DNA of 64,000 nucleotides, taken from assembly GCA_051362555.1 (NCBI GenBank), contig CM120641.1, positions 19,840,001 through 19,904,000 of the forward strand, read 5' to 3'. Under the pieces are notes generated by a model. The model saw only the letters and a program-made list of their open reading frames with translations, did not search any database and was not told the origin of the DNA. This document shows, piece by piece, positions 37,201 to 51,360 of this stretch (position 1 is its first letter; each line of letters opens with the position of its first letter). The stretch comes from Lingula anatina. Lineage: Eukaryota; Animalia; Brachiopoda. The translations under genes and the position numbers were made by a program.

Positions 37201-40035
37201 CTACACAACATCTGTAATAAGCGAAACAAAATTAACAAAGGTTCTCACCCTGAAAAGCATTTCTTTGGAAGGTGGCATGTTCTTCTCCTTTTTATCCTTC
37301 CCTTTGTCTAAATTAAATAGTTTGAGATGAAAATGTTCTGTGGGCGGCAAGGACTTTGGCCTGTTTAATACTTTGGCAAGCCTGTCCCTTGTCTGTGCCG
37401 AGTCCCACGGTTTATTGTAGGTCTCTTCTGGGGAGCCAGGCGGAACAGGTTCTGAAGATTCTGCATCAATCTCCTGATCCTCCGTTTTGTTTTGATCTCG
37501 GTGAATTTCTTTACCCTCTGCATAATGCACCATAGAGCGCTTTAATCTCTCTCGTTCTTGTTGCCTTTTGTTCTCTTTCCTGCCAGACTTGCGTATATTT
37601 TCAAGTCTGGTGAATAATGAAGGTTTGTCTTTGTCTTTATCTTTCTCCTTTACTTTTTTATCCTTTGCCTTAGAACCTTCTTCTGATATACTCTCTCTGG
37701 ATTCTGCTGATAACAAAGATTCTTTGCTTGCTTTGAGAGAAGCATCCTCATCCTGATTGCCCTCTTTAACCTTCTTCTGTTTACTTTCACTGGCAACTTC
37801 TTTGTCCTTACTCTTTTTCCTTCCAAACAACTTCAAAGAATAATGCTGTTCTCTATCTTTTTCCTTCTCATCAACTGATTCAACAGACACAGAATCTTTA
37901 TCTGGACTTATGTCAGACACATCTTCTGTGCTTTCCTCCTGTTCTTTCAATTTAGCCTCACTACTGGCCTTTCTACCAAACTTAGGAATTAGTTTCTTGT
38001 ATCCAATTTTGAAGTATGATTTACTTTGTTTTTCTTCTTTACCAAACTTCTCCTTGAGCAGAGCTAATTCTTTTGGGTTTTGGTGCAAGTCCCCGTAGTC
38101 CATATCTTCTTCATCAACCTCCTCGATTGGCCTGTCATCATCCCATGTAACATCTGGTTCATTATCACCAGTCATTTTTGGGATTGGTTTTCTAGACTTC
38201 GACTTTTTACGAATAGCTAAATCCAGGGTGTTTTCAATAGCAGCTGATAATTTTGCTTCAAAGGCAGTAGACCTTCCAAAAGAGCGCCTCTGAGCAACCT
38301 TCTTTTCAAATTCCGCTTTGCTTTTCTCATTTTTGTCGAGCGAGGCTTTAGTCAATCCATTTATCTGTTCATCCTTATTAATCATGTCAGCAGACAAAGC
38401 AAATTTGACACTGTTTGACCTTTCTTCTTTTAGTTTCTTGGGGCTCTCACTTTTATCTTGAACACCATCTCCTGCAGATACAGTGCTGGAGTCTGTCTGT
38501 ACTTTTTCCTCTGCTGCTGGCAAATCAAGCCCTACAGGTTCATAAGGGGACTTGGGTTTCTTATTTCTATTTCTAGGAGGTGGTTTGAGGGGGATTTTTG
38601 CAGGACTTGCCAAAATGGTAACATTGTCTTCAGCAGCAGCAGCAGCAGCAGTCTTTTCTGGTGTGGGCGATGTTGGTTTAAAAGTGGTTAATACTTTAGT
38701 ACCCTCTTTCTCAAACAGATTAGCTTTTGGGCTCTTTTCTCCAGTAGCATCATTTGATGTTATCGGTTTATCATATTCCCCAGGTGGAGGAGTTTTTGGT
38801 GGCGGAGGGGACAAACTAATGTCCCTCTCAACTCCATTATCTATAGGCATGTTAGATATATCAACCACAGTGTAGGGCAAGACCTCCTGAGGAGGGGCAA
38901 CTTCTATAACTTTATATGGACGAGCAATGTTAGCTTTTGATTCCTGACCAACCTTAAAGGGTTTAATTGGAACCTTCTGATGTCGTATCTCAGCTTCCGA
39001 TTTTGGTGGACCTTTGGCTGACAATTTTTGTAATATTTTAGCTGGTGATATGGGTTCTTTAGTTTTAGCACCATTAACTTTGATGATTTTTTTCACCCTA
39101 GGTGACACATCCCCTTCTTGATCCAGAGAATTTTCTGTGCTTTCGGAAGGCATCTTGTAATGTTCACTCTCGTTGCTGCTACTGGTATCAGCTTTGGCCA
39201 CATCACATGGCAAGCTGTAATCACCATCTATCGAATAAATTTTTTTGTCTTCAGCCTTGGTTGAAGACGGAGTTGGATCAGAGTTGGAATGTTTTTTGGT
39301 TTGTGACTTGTCAGTAAAAACCTCATCATCATCATTTTCTCCATCTTTTAAAGCCTGGTCTAGTGAACAGAGGACATCATCTATTTCTGACTGCTCTGTA
39401 TTTAATCTTGACAGCTCAGGACCAGATTTCACCACTTTAATTCCATCCCCCTTTTCTCTTTTTACTGGAATAGGCTTTCCAGTTGCTGTATCCCCTGCCC
39501 CTACACTGCCTTTTCTGACAGGTTTTTGTGGAGGACTAGGTTTTCCAGTGGAAGATGGACTAGGTTTGCCAGATGGTACACTGGGTTTCACGCCAATGGG
39601 TTTTTGTGGAAGAACTGGCTTTTGTCTTTTTGGTGTCTCTGGCTTGTCTTTAGGAACAGGAGAAATAGCAGAGGCCGTCCCACTCACCATCTTAGTCTGT
39701 GCAGAATCAATGTCAACAGACAATTTTTTAACTGCTCTGGGAGGAGGCTTGGGTTGTGAAAACGAACTTGCCGACTGTGACACATTGGCTGGTGTGCCTT
39801 CATTAGATTGTGTTAGTGAAGATTGTTCACCATTTGGTTGAAACTGTGCTGAGCATGTACCATTGGTTGAGGTGGCAGTGGGAGAGGGGATTTCTGGTGG
39901 GGTCTGGGAGGGGCGTTGTTTTGGAGTTGGTCTCCGAGGGCGATGTCTCTCGTGCTCTGCTTGGGGTAAAAAGCAATTGCAACACACCCCTCCCTTCCAT
40001 GCATTTTCTTGGTAGTGTTGGCAGGCTAAGGACAT
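34215..40035 (-). CDS. PEAK1: PEAK1/pragmin (SgK269/SgK223)-family pseudokinase scaffold (about 1562 aa)
   Basis: Exons 37249-40035, 36841-36949, 35517-36451, 34215-35072. N-terminus MSLACQHYQENAWKGGVCCNCFLPQAEH matches the PEAK1/PRAG1 Cys-rich motif. It also has RPYKVIEV and PYTVVDI motifs, a long disordered region, and the C-terminal segments GPICQIGDYSFY, FEKQMCFVLLQII and LLEFLLFGP...FQLWFETER, matching the pseudokinase and SHED helices. Confidence 0.85.
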
Positions 40036-40779
40036 CCTAACTACTGCAGTTTACATCACATGATGGGTTTCCTGCAATGAGTAAAGAAAATAAATTTTAT
40101 AGCATACCATAACCTCATACAAATAAAATTTCAGAAAATTAATTGTGGGTGAGAGGGCACATACAAGCTGTGCTTCTTAAGGAAATGAATGAAAAGAATA
40201 TAGACAACATGTAAACAGTGCCAAGGTGCTACTACTCTTGAAAAGAAAATACTAAGTGCACTAGGTTGGTACAGTATAAAGTCATGACCTTATTTTGAAG
40301 ATTACACAGAGATTATTTTGGTTAACCCCGAAGTATCAAACTGAGCTCTGACCCATACACATCCTTATCTCAATCAGACAACACTTCAAAGCTACCTGTA
40401 TTCTTGGATAAATATCCAACAAGAAATCTACAATTCACCAACTTCAGATATTAACCTGAATTACATAAAGCTGGTGAGCAGCAGTAACATTTGTGTGAAT
40501 GTGCCATTACTTTAGTATGTGATATATTGTGGTTTTTTGTGCCAACAATAACAATCAACCACACAATAAAGGCAAGTTTAATAGGGATGAACATGGCAAC
40601 CAGTAGAAAAGATGAAACAAGGCAGCAAAGCTGTCAAATGTACAGACAAAAAGCAAGAAATAACAAAACAGGCTACTGTCAATTCTGATGCAAAAGTACA
40701 TTATGCTTAACTGCAAATTCAACATCAAATTTTAATTATGCTCAACAGGTAATACCAATGTAAGTGAAATGTGTAACAA

Positions 40780-42040
40780 GCGTAAGGCTTCAGGCCCATG
40801 GGAGTTTAAGTTCACACTTTGAAAATGCCAGAATGAGAAAAATGAAAATTTCACATAAAACTGCTTAAATTCAATAATAAATGATAACCCATTTGAGCTG
40901 GCTTCCTTATTTGAACTGCATGCCAATCCTACAAATCATACTTGTAAGTTGAAAATAATAATAAGTAACACAGTTTTCTTTTCATAATGTTTGTAGTAGC
41001 AGTGCAAAAAGATTTTTGTCAATTTTGATGTAACATTACATAATAAATTACAGAATAATTATCACCAATTTTTGATTATTGACTATAAATAGCATGGACA
41101 TGTAGAAAATTTGATTACCATTTGGCTTCATGTCCATGGGAGCAGCACCCAAAATTGTGTTTTCTTCTATTTTAATGCAATATTACATAATGCTTAAAGA
41201 TACATACAAAGTCAATTTTTTGTCACAAAAACCAATCAAATGCCAGCATATAGTTTCAAGTAGTATAACTAAGAGAATTACCAAAAGGCATTGTTTAATT
41301 CTACCCGAAAATGATGTTCGAACAGATTTTTCTGCTGGCATTCTAAGCTGTATGTCAATGGGGCAGGAAAGTAGGTCACGGAAGTAGGTTAAATTTACAA
41401 CCATAAATTTAAAGAAAGGAGCAGTCTAAAGGTCTTTTATGGCTGATTGAGTGATCTATTCTGTTTATCCCTTGGCATGTCAAATTTATTTGAGTCATAT
41501 AAGAATCTAGTAGAAGTGGTTTACATGTGTTACTGGGAATCCACGCTCCACCGATGCTCGGTTCGTATGTACCTTTAACAGCATAATGACCATCAGTTTT
41601 TAATAATAAAAGATCCGAATCATGGATTTTCAGAAATGTGACTAGCATGGGTCTTCAAGCCGGTGGAGATTCTTAAGTCACACCTTGAAAATGCCAATAT
41701 GTGAAAAATTAAATTTTCACAAAAAACTGATTAACTGCCAAAAAAATTTACCAAATAGACTGCATTGCCCACTGAAGCTTTATTTAAGTCCCATGTTTCT
41801 TCCTGTAAGTTTGAGAACAGTAAGTGACATGGTTTTCCTTAAATGGTCATCATGGGAGCAGTGTCCAAAATAGGGGTGTCTTCAAATTTTGATGCAATAT
41901 TACATAATGTTTAACAGGATAATTACCATCAATTTTTAATAATAAAATATTAGTATCATGGATATTCAGAAAATGTTCCTAGCAAAGGTCTTCAGGTCCA
42001 AGGAACTTCAAAGTCACACCTTGAAAATGCTAAAATGTAG
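40780..42040. repeat. Old degenerate local repeat array
   Basis: cac(a)c(c/t)ttgaaaatgc block near 40813, 41678 and 42014. agcag...aa(c/t)attacataat block near 40998, 41140 and 41856. Confidence 0.6.
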
Positions 42041-42437
42041 ACAAGACAGCACTGTCCTGAAATTTTTTTTTTTTCCATTTTTAACAATTTTTTAACATAT
42101 AACAAAATTAACAATTTACTGCCATTTATATATGATCAACTAAGAAAATTGATGAGATGGGAAAAATATCAATAGAACAGTGTTTAATGTCCAATTTCCT
42201 CCATTCTGAGTTTCTGAACATAGTGAATGAATGAATCTGACAAACTGCAATGATATGAGTTTATTTCCATTTTTGAAACTCTATTATACAATACATGATA
42301 ACAAGTTTACCATCATTTTTACATAATGAACTAACAATGTTGTAAAGATGCAGGAAATGTCAAACAAACACTTTTACTAATCTTATTAGTTAAATAATGA
42401 GACTGTTAACATGCCTAAGAATTGAATCTGAGGAAAT

Positions 42438-42993
42438 GTGAAAAAACAGCATAACTTATAAAATAATGGCCCGATTATGCTGATTTTCGAACTTGACCTG
42501 CGTTTTAGTAAGATTGATTACTCCTGTGAGTTTCATGACAACAGGTCTATCGGTTTTCCTTGAAATGTGTTAACAGTGTTGCACATATGCTGAAAAGTGA
42601 AAAAACAGCATAACTACTAAAATAGTGGCCCGATCATGCCGATTTTCGAACTTGATCTGCATTTTAGTAAGATTGATAACTCCTGTGAGTTTCATGACAA
42701 CAGGCCTATCGGTTTTCCTTGAAATGTGTTAACAGTGTTGCATATATGCTAAAAAGTGAAAAAACAGGATAAATTCTACAATAATGGCCCGATCATGCTG
42801 ATTTTCGAACTTGACCTGCATTTTATGAATATTAGTCAGCTCTGTAAATATAAAGCCAAAAAGTAAAACTGTCTTCCACTTATGGTGTTAACGCTGAAAG
42901 TGCACGGCGACGGCGACATGATCGGCGACGGCGACGGCGACGACAGACGCAGGTGATGGCAATATGTACAGACACATCTGTGTCTGTACATAA
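42438..42993 (-). mobile_element. Second HINE-like element (partial) with 159-bp tandem units
   Basis: Units start at 42438, 42597 and 42756. (cggcga)n microsatellite at about 42905-42942 and a perfect 14-bp terminal hairpin at 42963-42992. The other terminus is not resolved. Confidence 0.7.
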
Positions 42994-45900
42994 AAATGGA
43001 TACTTCATCTTTCTGTAGGAGTTATAAACCTCTTACAGGAGCCTCAACTGACTGCAGAATGCTTTATTTTCTGATAGACTGTGGAATTTAAAAATAATTA
43101 CACATCTTAAAATATTACCATATAATATTTTATAAATCCATGTGAAACTTAGATATAAATACCTCTCTGCAGGATTTCACACAGACAAAGTAAGGCGATG
43201 CTACCTCTCTTTCTCTCTCTTTCTTTGAAACTTCAAATGCATCTCAAGCTAAATATATCAAGACAGAAACCCAGAACAACTTGCTGCTTTCACTGTTTTC
43301 CCTTCCTTGCTGCTAGATCAACTCAAACTGTGCAATTTAATTCCCACAGTTAACTTGTGCAGTATTAAATCTCAATACAAACACCTTTTACTGATTTTCT
43401 GGAAGGAAATCCCTCACAGCACATCAGAGCCAGTCTTTGTACACCAGCCCTACTCAAACTGTGATAATTGAAGGGACAGTGACCCCAGAGACCTTTAAGA
43501 TAACCCAAAAAAGCAGCAATATGATACCCATTGCAGTTGCATTCACACGTTTTGGGTGATTTCAGACTGATATAGATGTGGTTATTTGATCACAATTGAC
43601 AGCAATTAAGTCAGACAGTACACAGCATACATTCCAATTAATCAATTTGTCTAGAATATCTGGGAGGGGGGAGAGGGGGGGGTTACACCAGCTTTTATTC
43701 TAATAAAAGTTGTAGAACTAGTGACTGCAGAATAATGTGAACGTGTTCAAAGCGTCCGCTGATATTTTTTTCAAGTCCGGCCCAATCAAACAGCGTAAAC
43801 TGATGATTCTAGTTTGAATTTTTTCTCCTCTTCTACTCTCTTTGCTACACTATATCAGTCATGAGTTAACTTAATTTGTGGGATGGGGAATTATTGCTTG
43901 CTCAACAGACCGCAGACTGTACACAACCTCACAACCTTGTATATAAACATGTAAGATTATCTGCACTGTAAAAAGACTGTGTAGCCTTTCCAACTCTATT
44001 TTCACCAAATATTTAAAGCACTGACAAATGGTGTGTCATCAAACTGAAATATGAGCCATATCACCTGGGTTTACTCATGGGCTAAGACAAAATTGTCTTC
44101 CTACTCAAATAAAACTATCAAAAAGCAAAAAAACCTGTATCAAAATACAGAATAGCTTGGAAAATATACTAGACATGTTTCACATTCTGTTAAATTCCGT
44201 GTACTGTTCCTTACAATGTAACCTGCATGCAAGAAAAAAATTTCTCTGTATAGGATTTATGGAGTGTGCTTCATTGCATGATGGCCTTAGCTGAGAAGGA
44301 AAAGTCATGATTCTTGCTCACTGGGTCCATCATTCGTAATAGCTCTCTGGTCTCCTGAGCATAAAACTAATGCTAACGGCTAAAATTTGTTTCTATGAAA
44401 CTGCAATAGAAGCAAATTTCTTCTGATTAATTTACTATTGCATCAACTCAAACCAGATGCCTGGTTGACCTAAAAAATGATATTAATAAGATTACAGAGG
44501 GCAGAGTGCTATACAAAAATTATCACTGATTTTTGTAATTCCAGTCATTCACTTTAACCCAACCATAAGATACTGTGTTATAAATCTAATCTTTGGGATG
44601 CCACATGTACTTATATATATATGGGACTGCAGTACTGCATGTGGGACAGATGTGATAAGACTCTTAACAGCCAACTCACGTTTTACCATCCTAAGAGACC
44701 TCCTCATCCAACCAAGTCATTGGAATTATTGATTTCTGAACTAACCAAGTGCCACAAAGTTGTATTATTTCTGCTCCTCTGAGGGGCACTACTGTTAATT
44801 ATGACTGGCTTCAAATCATATAAAAACTACTTTGTTGGCCTAGCTGCCTCTCGGTTCTTACATGGTACTTACCTTTTTAATGTGCATAAAACTCAAATCA
44901 ATACTGTATGTCATTGGAAGTCTTCGTGGGTAATTTGACAGACAAGAACCAAATTTCCATCCTCTGTGTGGTAGCATTACAGATTTGTACCACTGAGCTA
45001 TCATAATCTTTAATTAGATTAACATGAATATCTATATATATTATACATCTTTATAGCCTGATCTTACACCAATAAACAAAGCCTAGTTTCTATTCACAGT
45101 CCATGCAGGTGCATGTGGCCTAATCTTTCACTAACTAACCTCAGTAATCTAAATCAATTTCAACCTCTTCATGAAATTCTATACAAAATTCGGCCACAAA
45201 ATGAAAGTGAAACAGCTTTTTTATGACCCCAAAACAGGATATATGTACAATTTACATTACAGCAGGATTGTCCACATCAAAGCTTATGACCCTACACAGA
45301 TGAAATCCAGACTTGTACAGCCTCCAGGAAACACTTCCCCCCAAAATCACTTTAACAGACATTTTCAAACAAAATTTCTGACTTAAATAACAACAGAATT
45401 AACAGCAGATGGGTATCAATTGAAAAAGAAAGATGTACTAAAGCATGCTTATACCTTCCATAAAGCAGAAAAACTACTGTAGGAAAATAGTAAAATGGGC
45501 ATGCCTTTAGATCACCTATAGTCATCCGAATACATGCAATATAACATGATTAGTATACATACATGCATGCACCATCTTCTTCAAGTGGCCTAGCAATGGA
45601 TCAGTTCATACCAGTTCTGAGGGGCCCACCCACACACAGTCACAGACAGTGGCCCTTACTGTAGCCAGTCAGTCTCTTCTAATCTGAAACACAGACAGAA
45701 TGCTCTTAGCTTATCCAGTGAACGGTGTTAGTTTCCCTAATTAACTGTTTACTTGGTAGATTGCACTGTCTCTATGCACTTGGGTTGATTAACAATGAGC
45801 ATCAGCAACTGTGCTATAGGCTGATAGAGTTTCCTTGTGAATTGAAACAAAAGAGAAAGATGTCCAAGTTACTTATTAAGAGTGTACCACAAAAAGCACC

Positions 45901-48900
45901 CTCTCACTATGGGACAATATCTATAAAGTAAATATTGCAGAAAATTATTTCAAATATTATACCATTACTTCCCATTGGCAGATATAGGACCCATTTCTTG
46001 ACACTAAAATATGGTTGAAAACTTACCCTTCAACAAGACTTTTAGTCATCACTGGTCATTTTTAAAAGTCAGTTAAGTGCATTGCAACAGACAAATTTTC
46101 ACTGACATTTACTCCTATGGCTCTGCCTTCACATTGTTTTCAATGCAAGTAGCAAGAGGTGCACTAACTAGGTGCTTTAAAAGTAAAAGAATATATTCTC
46201 AAATTACTCACAGCTGTTCTAGACTAAATTAAACCTGGGTCCTGCAGAAAGATCAACAAACTTACAACCACTAGGCACTAGGTCTAATCGTTTATCAAAA
46301 CCTCACTTTGGTTTATCAGAAATGACCCATACAAGAGGCACCCTAACTGTGCTGGGTGTACAAATTCATGGGGGCAGTGATCTAAAAACTAATGTATCTA
46401 TCATTCAAGTTTTTTGCCACTCCTGCCACTTATTCATAACCCCAAGTTCTTCGTTACCTCTCTTTATGCCTAGATGTGAAATGGACCATTTAAAAATTGG
46501 AGAGATAGTGTGTGTGTACATCTACATGCATGTGTGTGTGTGCGTGTGTGAATGCATGCCCATTTAACTGAAAATTGTTCATGTCTCCTGCACATAAGCA
46601 AATAACATTCAAGCATACTAGTACAAAACTATAACAAATCAAAGTAAAAAATAATCCATTTTCCTTTGAAACTACTATATTCTAGTGGATATTGTACACC
46701 ATTACCATACCTGCAAGGCTACCCACTGATAATATAATACAGGAAGTGTGTATAAATGTAAGTCATCCTGAAGACATGAAATCTGCCTCAAAGGTGAAAC
46801 AGGACAAACTGATACTTTGAGTGCATTCTAATAGCTTTGTAAATCCAAGTATAGCGTAAATGTATCCTAGTCACTCACATAAGACTCAGCTAAATAATAT
46901 CAAATATCTTGGCCTCTTACAATCAGTATCAAATTCTAAAATTGAGTCATTCAGTTAAAGTTTCTTATCTTGAATTTCATTATCCATTTCTGTTTGACCT
47001 TAGTATGGTTTTGTCACCCTACTTGCACACTTGAAATAAAACACTTCTCTGTTTCACATACAACATAGGAAAACTAGACTTTCCATGACTACTTTACCTG
47101 AAGTTTCTTCCATTAAATTCAACTCGATAGGTAAAATACATTCTTTTTCCCTTCTTCATCAAACTAAAATAATCTTACCTGTGGGTTTGGGGTCTTGATA
47201 AGGTCATGTTCCAAATAAAGTACTAGTACAGAGCTCAGGGAATAATGAAATAGGGCAGACATTCAAATGCAAATTCGCCAATGACTAAGTCCCAAATATT
47301 TCAAGTCTCTGACATAAAGGTAAACACATCATTCAGGTACCCTATCACATGTCATAATACTTCCTGTTTCAAAAGGGAAGTGTCAAATTTAAAAGCAGCT
47401 GTGGTGGATAAGAATGATCAGTCTTCTGACTTACATTTACCACTATCTTCTAACAATATTATATATGTACTAGTACATATAACAGTTAGTGACTGTTTTT
47501 TCACTTAAAACACTGGTGGATTGCAGAATTTAACAAAATGATACCACATGATGTGGGTAACTCTTATGAGAAAGGTGAAACCAACACAAGATGGAAAATG
47601 ACTACTTGTGACCACATTTTCAAAGAGGAAACTGAGGAAGAAGGACATTTAGAAGTGCGATATATCACAACAAATGTGTAAAACTATAGAAGACCCTGGT
47701 GAGCCTAAAACTCTTAATGCATCACTCATAAATGCATAGACGACAAAATTATTTTTCAAAATACTGATGGTTTCGAGTACTCCTATATCTTATATCATGA
47801 TAAACCACTAATGACTATGGTTTTCAATAATCCTTGAGACAATGAATGTAAAATTACATTATTATCGTATGATTAAGACACTTAAAAGAAACAAAGGGAT
47901 TATGACGTCATTCTTTTTCAGGTATGTGTGTTCAAAATTCAAATGCATGCCATTTGTCATTCTTTATGCTTTGCCACATCACCTCTTAAGACTTATACTT
48001 CTCTTCAAACCAACATTCTATGTCAGTTATGTTCAACATCTACTACTTTTATATAAAAATTTTCCTTCATCAACCTACCTTTCCAAGGTATCTTAATAGC
48101 CTGCTAATCTATATAAGAAGCCTTTCAATACAACACAACTGCAGCTAACCCATAATGTTGTCCCCAGTCCCCACTAAACTCATGATAAATGAATATTCAA
48201 TAGAGCCCAAACATATGTTGATGAAGAATGAGTCACTGGATCAATGGCAACCACTTTGCTATTACTAGCGCAAGTCAGCTGAACCACATGTCGATACTTT
48301 TTCAGTTGTGAGTCAAAGTATTGACTGCCATTCAATGCTGGCACCCACACTTTAATAAAATAGATTTATAAAAATAACATAAATTATAGTCGTCTTAATC
48401 AGCCTTTTTTCTTCTTTGGGGTGAAAAAAATCACCATGCTTTTCTAATTCTACTCTAATCTTGACATCAAATAATATGGCAAAATGGATTTATGTATCGC
48501 TACAAGAACACTTAATTTAGATGGTATTTTCTTTGGATTTGTTATAATAAATATATAACCATATGAAATTTTACTTTTAACTTTCTTTTCCATCAGACAT
48601 CTTCTGGTGTTATGAAATGTCAAATAAGAAAAGCTACTCACTTTTATTCAAAAATCACAATTTAGAAGAAGAGTTATTAAATTTTTACTTCCATAAAAAC
48701 AACATTAATTCATTTTATCTATCTTTTTTTTAAACTTGGTTTCAGACAACCAAATACTAATAATAAGAAATTAATTCATATAAAATACCACCTTAAAAGC
48801 TTTATTACACTATATTAAACAGTAGAACAAAGCAAATCAATACTATTGGAAATTTCACGATAATAAGTGCTTTGGTATTAGCACTCCTACTTAAGAACAA

Positions 48901-50939
48901 ATTGATCACTGATGTGATAAGATAGAACCAGCTGGCATTCAATATCAATGGCATAATAACAAGAGCAATCAAAGCACAAAACAAGACAATAAATGTCATT
49001 AGCATTTTATGTACCTTTAGCTTTATAAGGCTTAAGCATAAAAACAGACCAATGGGCACTTATTTCTGGACATATGCTGCAGGGATATTGAATTTCAGTA
49101 TAAACTTAATAAACTTCAAAAGTCCAAGGAAAATCATTATTATAAGGATGTTCTATCTAGTATATCAGGAAGGTTACATATGCAGTCAATTTGCGTGATT
49201 CATATGTTAATCAATCACTGGCAAATTACTGTCTGGACAGGAGACAGGCTAACGCAGTTTATAACCTACATAAAGACAGCTTTTATCTCCATATGCTGAA
49301 CGATATATATATTTACAGGGATCAACCAGCAATGTCCAGCATGTTTGCTAATTTTCAACCAGGCAACAAGGGAGTTTACATTTAAAAGCAGAAAGATGTT
49401 TTTTAAAAGATTCTTTACTTTTCCCATTTCTACTCCAATTTGTAATTCAACTGTGCATCTTTTTTAAACTTACTTAATACTAATTAATAATTTCTATTTT
49501 TACATCTTAAATTTTAATGATTTTATGTGTCATTTCAAAGAGCCCCAACAGGAAACCAATTTCTGAACAGATGTATATGTCATAACTATTAGCTGACTAA
49601 ATCAATAATTAATGTGGTAGATTTAAGCTGTCCATTATGACTTATTTAAAATGTGTTATGTATAAATCTTTAAAATTAAAAAATTTACCAATAATGTTAT
49701 ATAATCCTGCTCAAAGAAGTCTTTGTCTACTAGATTTAGTGGCAATATGGATTCAGGAACATACTTCCGGTCTATAAATTTGCCTAAGGCTGATGAATTA
49801 GATTGTCACTTTCCTTTCTCTTAAGTGCCATGGGACATTATGCAACATCATTCTTATATTATATACAGAACACTCCACATAGCTTGAACACTATGGGACA
49901 AAAAAATTTTGCACAAGTTACAGGTATAAATTCAAGTTGGAAGATGTTCATACTGATTTCAGCATATACATCTACCAAAGAAAAAAATCAGTTACTAGTT
50001 AATATGATTGGTGATAGATAAGTTATGGGGAATCTACTGTATGCATGAACATAGTAAGGGAAAGTTGAGACATGGGATTCTCAAGTCTTATGGTGCATTC
50101 ACAAAGAATCTATCATACTAGCTACTGCGTACTTACTATACGGGGACGGGGACTCTTGTTAAATGCAATAAGTCTAACATGCCTCCTCTAGGCCTTGAGT
50201 AAAATATAGAATTTGAAAAGTTGGTGATTATAAGAATACACATGTTAGTCTGTAAATCTGATTGCATTCAGTGAGAGTCCCCGTGGAGTCCCTGCAATAG
50301 CTACATGTACTACAGTAGTACAATATATTCATTGTGAACATACTCTTTGTAAACCCCATGACAAGCAATTTGGTATCATGGTGAGAGCAGTAATGTGATC
50401 TGTAGGGGGGGGGGGGCTGAAAATTGACGATGTTGTGCAATTATCCCTGAAAAGTTAAAAAACAAAGTTTAAAAACCTGAAATCAGGCAAAAACTGAAAT
50501 ATTATATCCTTTGAGAAGCAAGCTTGTTCAGTGGTTAAGTGCCAGTGCAGATGAAGTGATGCTGCTTTATACCTGCATACAGTAACATTCAGGTTGTCAC
50601 CTTGATTGATGAATATAAAATTGAAAAACACATAAATTTGAAAACGGCCTTGATCTGAAGTAGAGGTGAAGTTGTGCCAGTAGATCTACATTGTCAAAAA
50701 TGGGAGCATCTTTCAGCTACCATAAATCACGTTTTCTATTTGTGCTTTACAAACAAAACCATGAAGGAGAAGGACCAGCATATAAATTATAGCCTATAGG
50801 GTACCGCAGTAGTCCAATACAAGTGTCAATAACATTTTGTTGTAAGTTGTAATAAAACTAAGAGAATAATTATTGGATGTACACTTTTCATATTTTGATG
50901 AGTCACTTTTCGGCAGTGAAACGACATTGATAAAAGTGA

Positions 50940-51360
50940 CAATAAATCCATTGGTGAAAAAAATACTTACTGTTTGTACTTCCCGGCTTTGGGTGGTTAA
51001 AACGAAGAGAAAGGTCAAATTTCCGCCTGCAAGGAGGCTGACATGTTTATTTTTGGCAACCAATTTACTACATATGCCCACGCACAAAAGAGTCCAACAG
51101 TGTGGATCATTTGTCAATCACCTCACATTTTTGTGAATAATCTAAGCAAAAAGAAATGTATCTAACAGATTTTGTCATCAAAATTGCGTCGAAATATGTA
51201 TTTAAGGCTGTAAATTTTTATTTTTTTGACATACTGCGTTATAAATTCATACGCGGCCTTGCTGTCGTCCATGTTGGAACCACATTTGTAAGACCCCTCT
51301 ACTGTGAATTGAAAACCAAAACAAGTGCACATGGTTTTTGCCGGTAGGTAATGTGTGGTG
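50940..51360. promoter_or_regulatory. Putative bidirectional promoter and first non-coding exons of PEAK1-like (-) and HMG20-like (+)
   Basis: Locally CpG-richer. Minus-strand donor GTAAGT at 50965-50970 and plus-strand donor ag/GTAATG at about 51348 face away from each other, with ETS-like TTCC motifs between. Both coding ATG exons have upstream acceptors (about 40071 and 52203), implying non-coding first exons. Confidence 0.5.

Noticed and set aside
37568-40040. Several plus-strand ORFs up to 198 aa
   Set aside because: Antisense shadows of the PEAK1-like exon.
44890-45003. tRNA gene on the minus strand (tagctcagtggta A-box)
   Set aside because: No cloverleaf or good B-box; at most a decayed SINE head.
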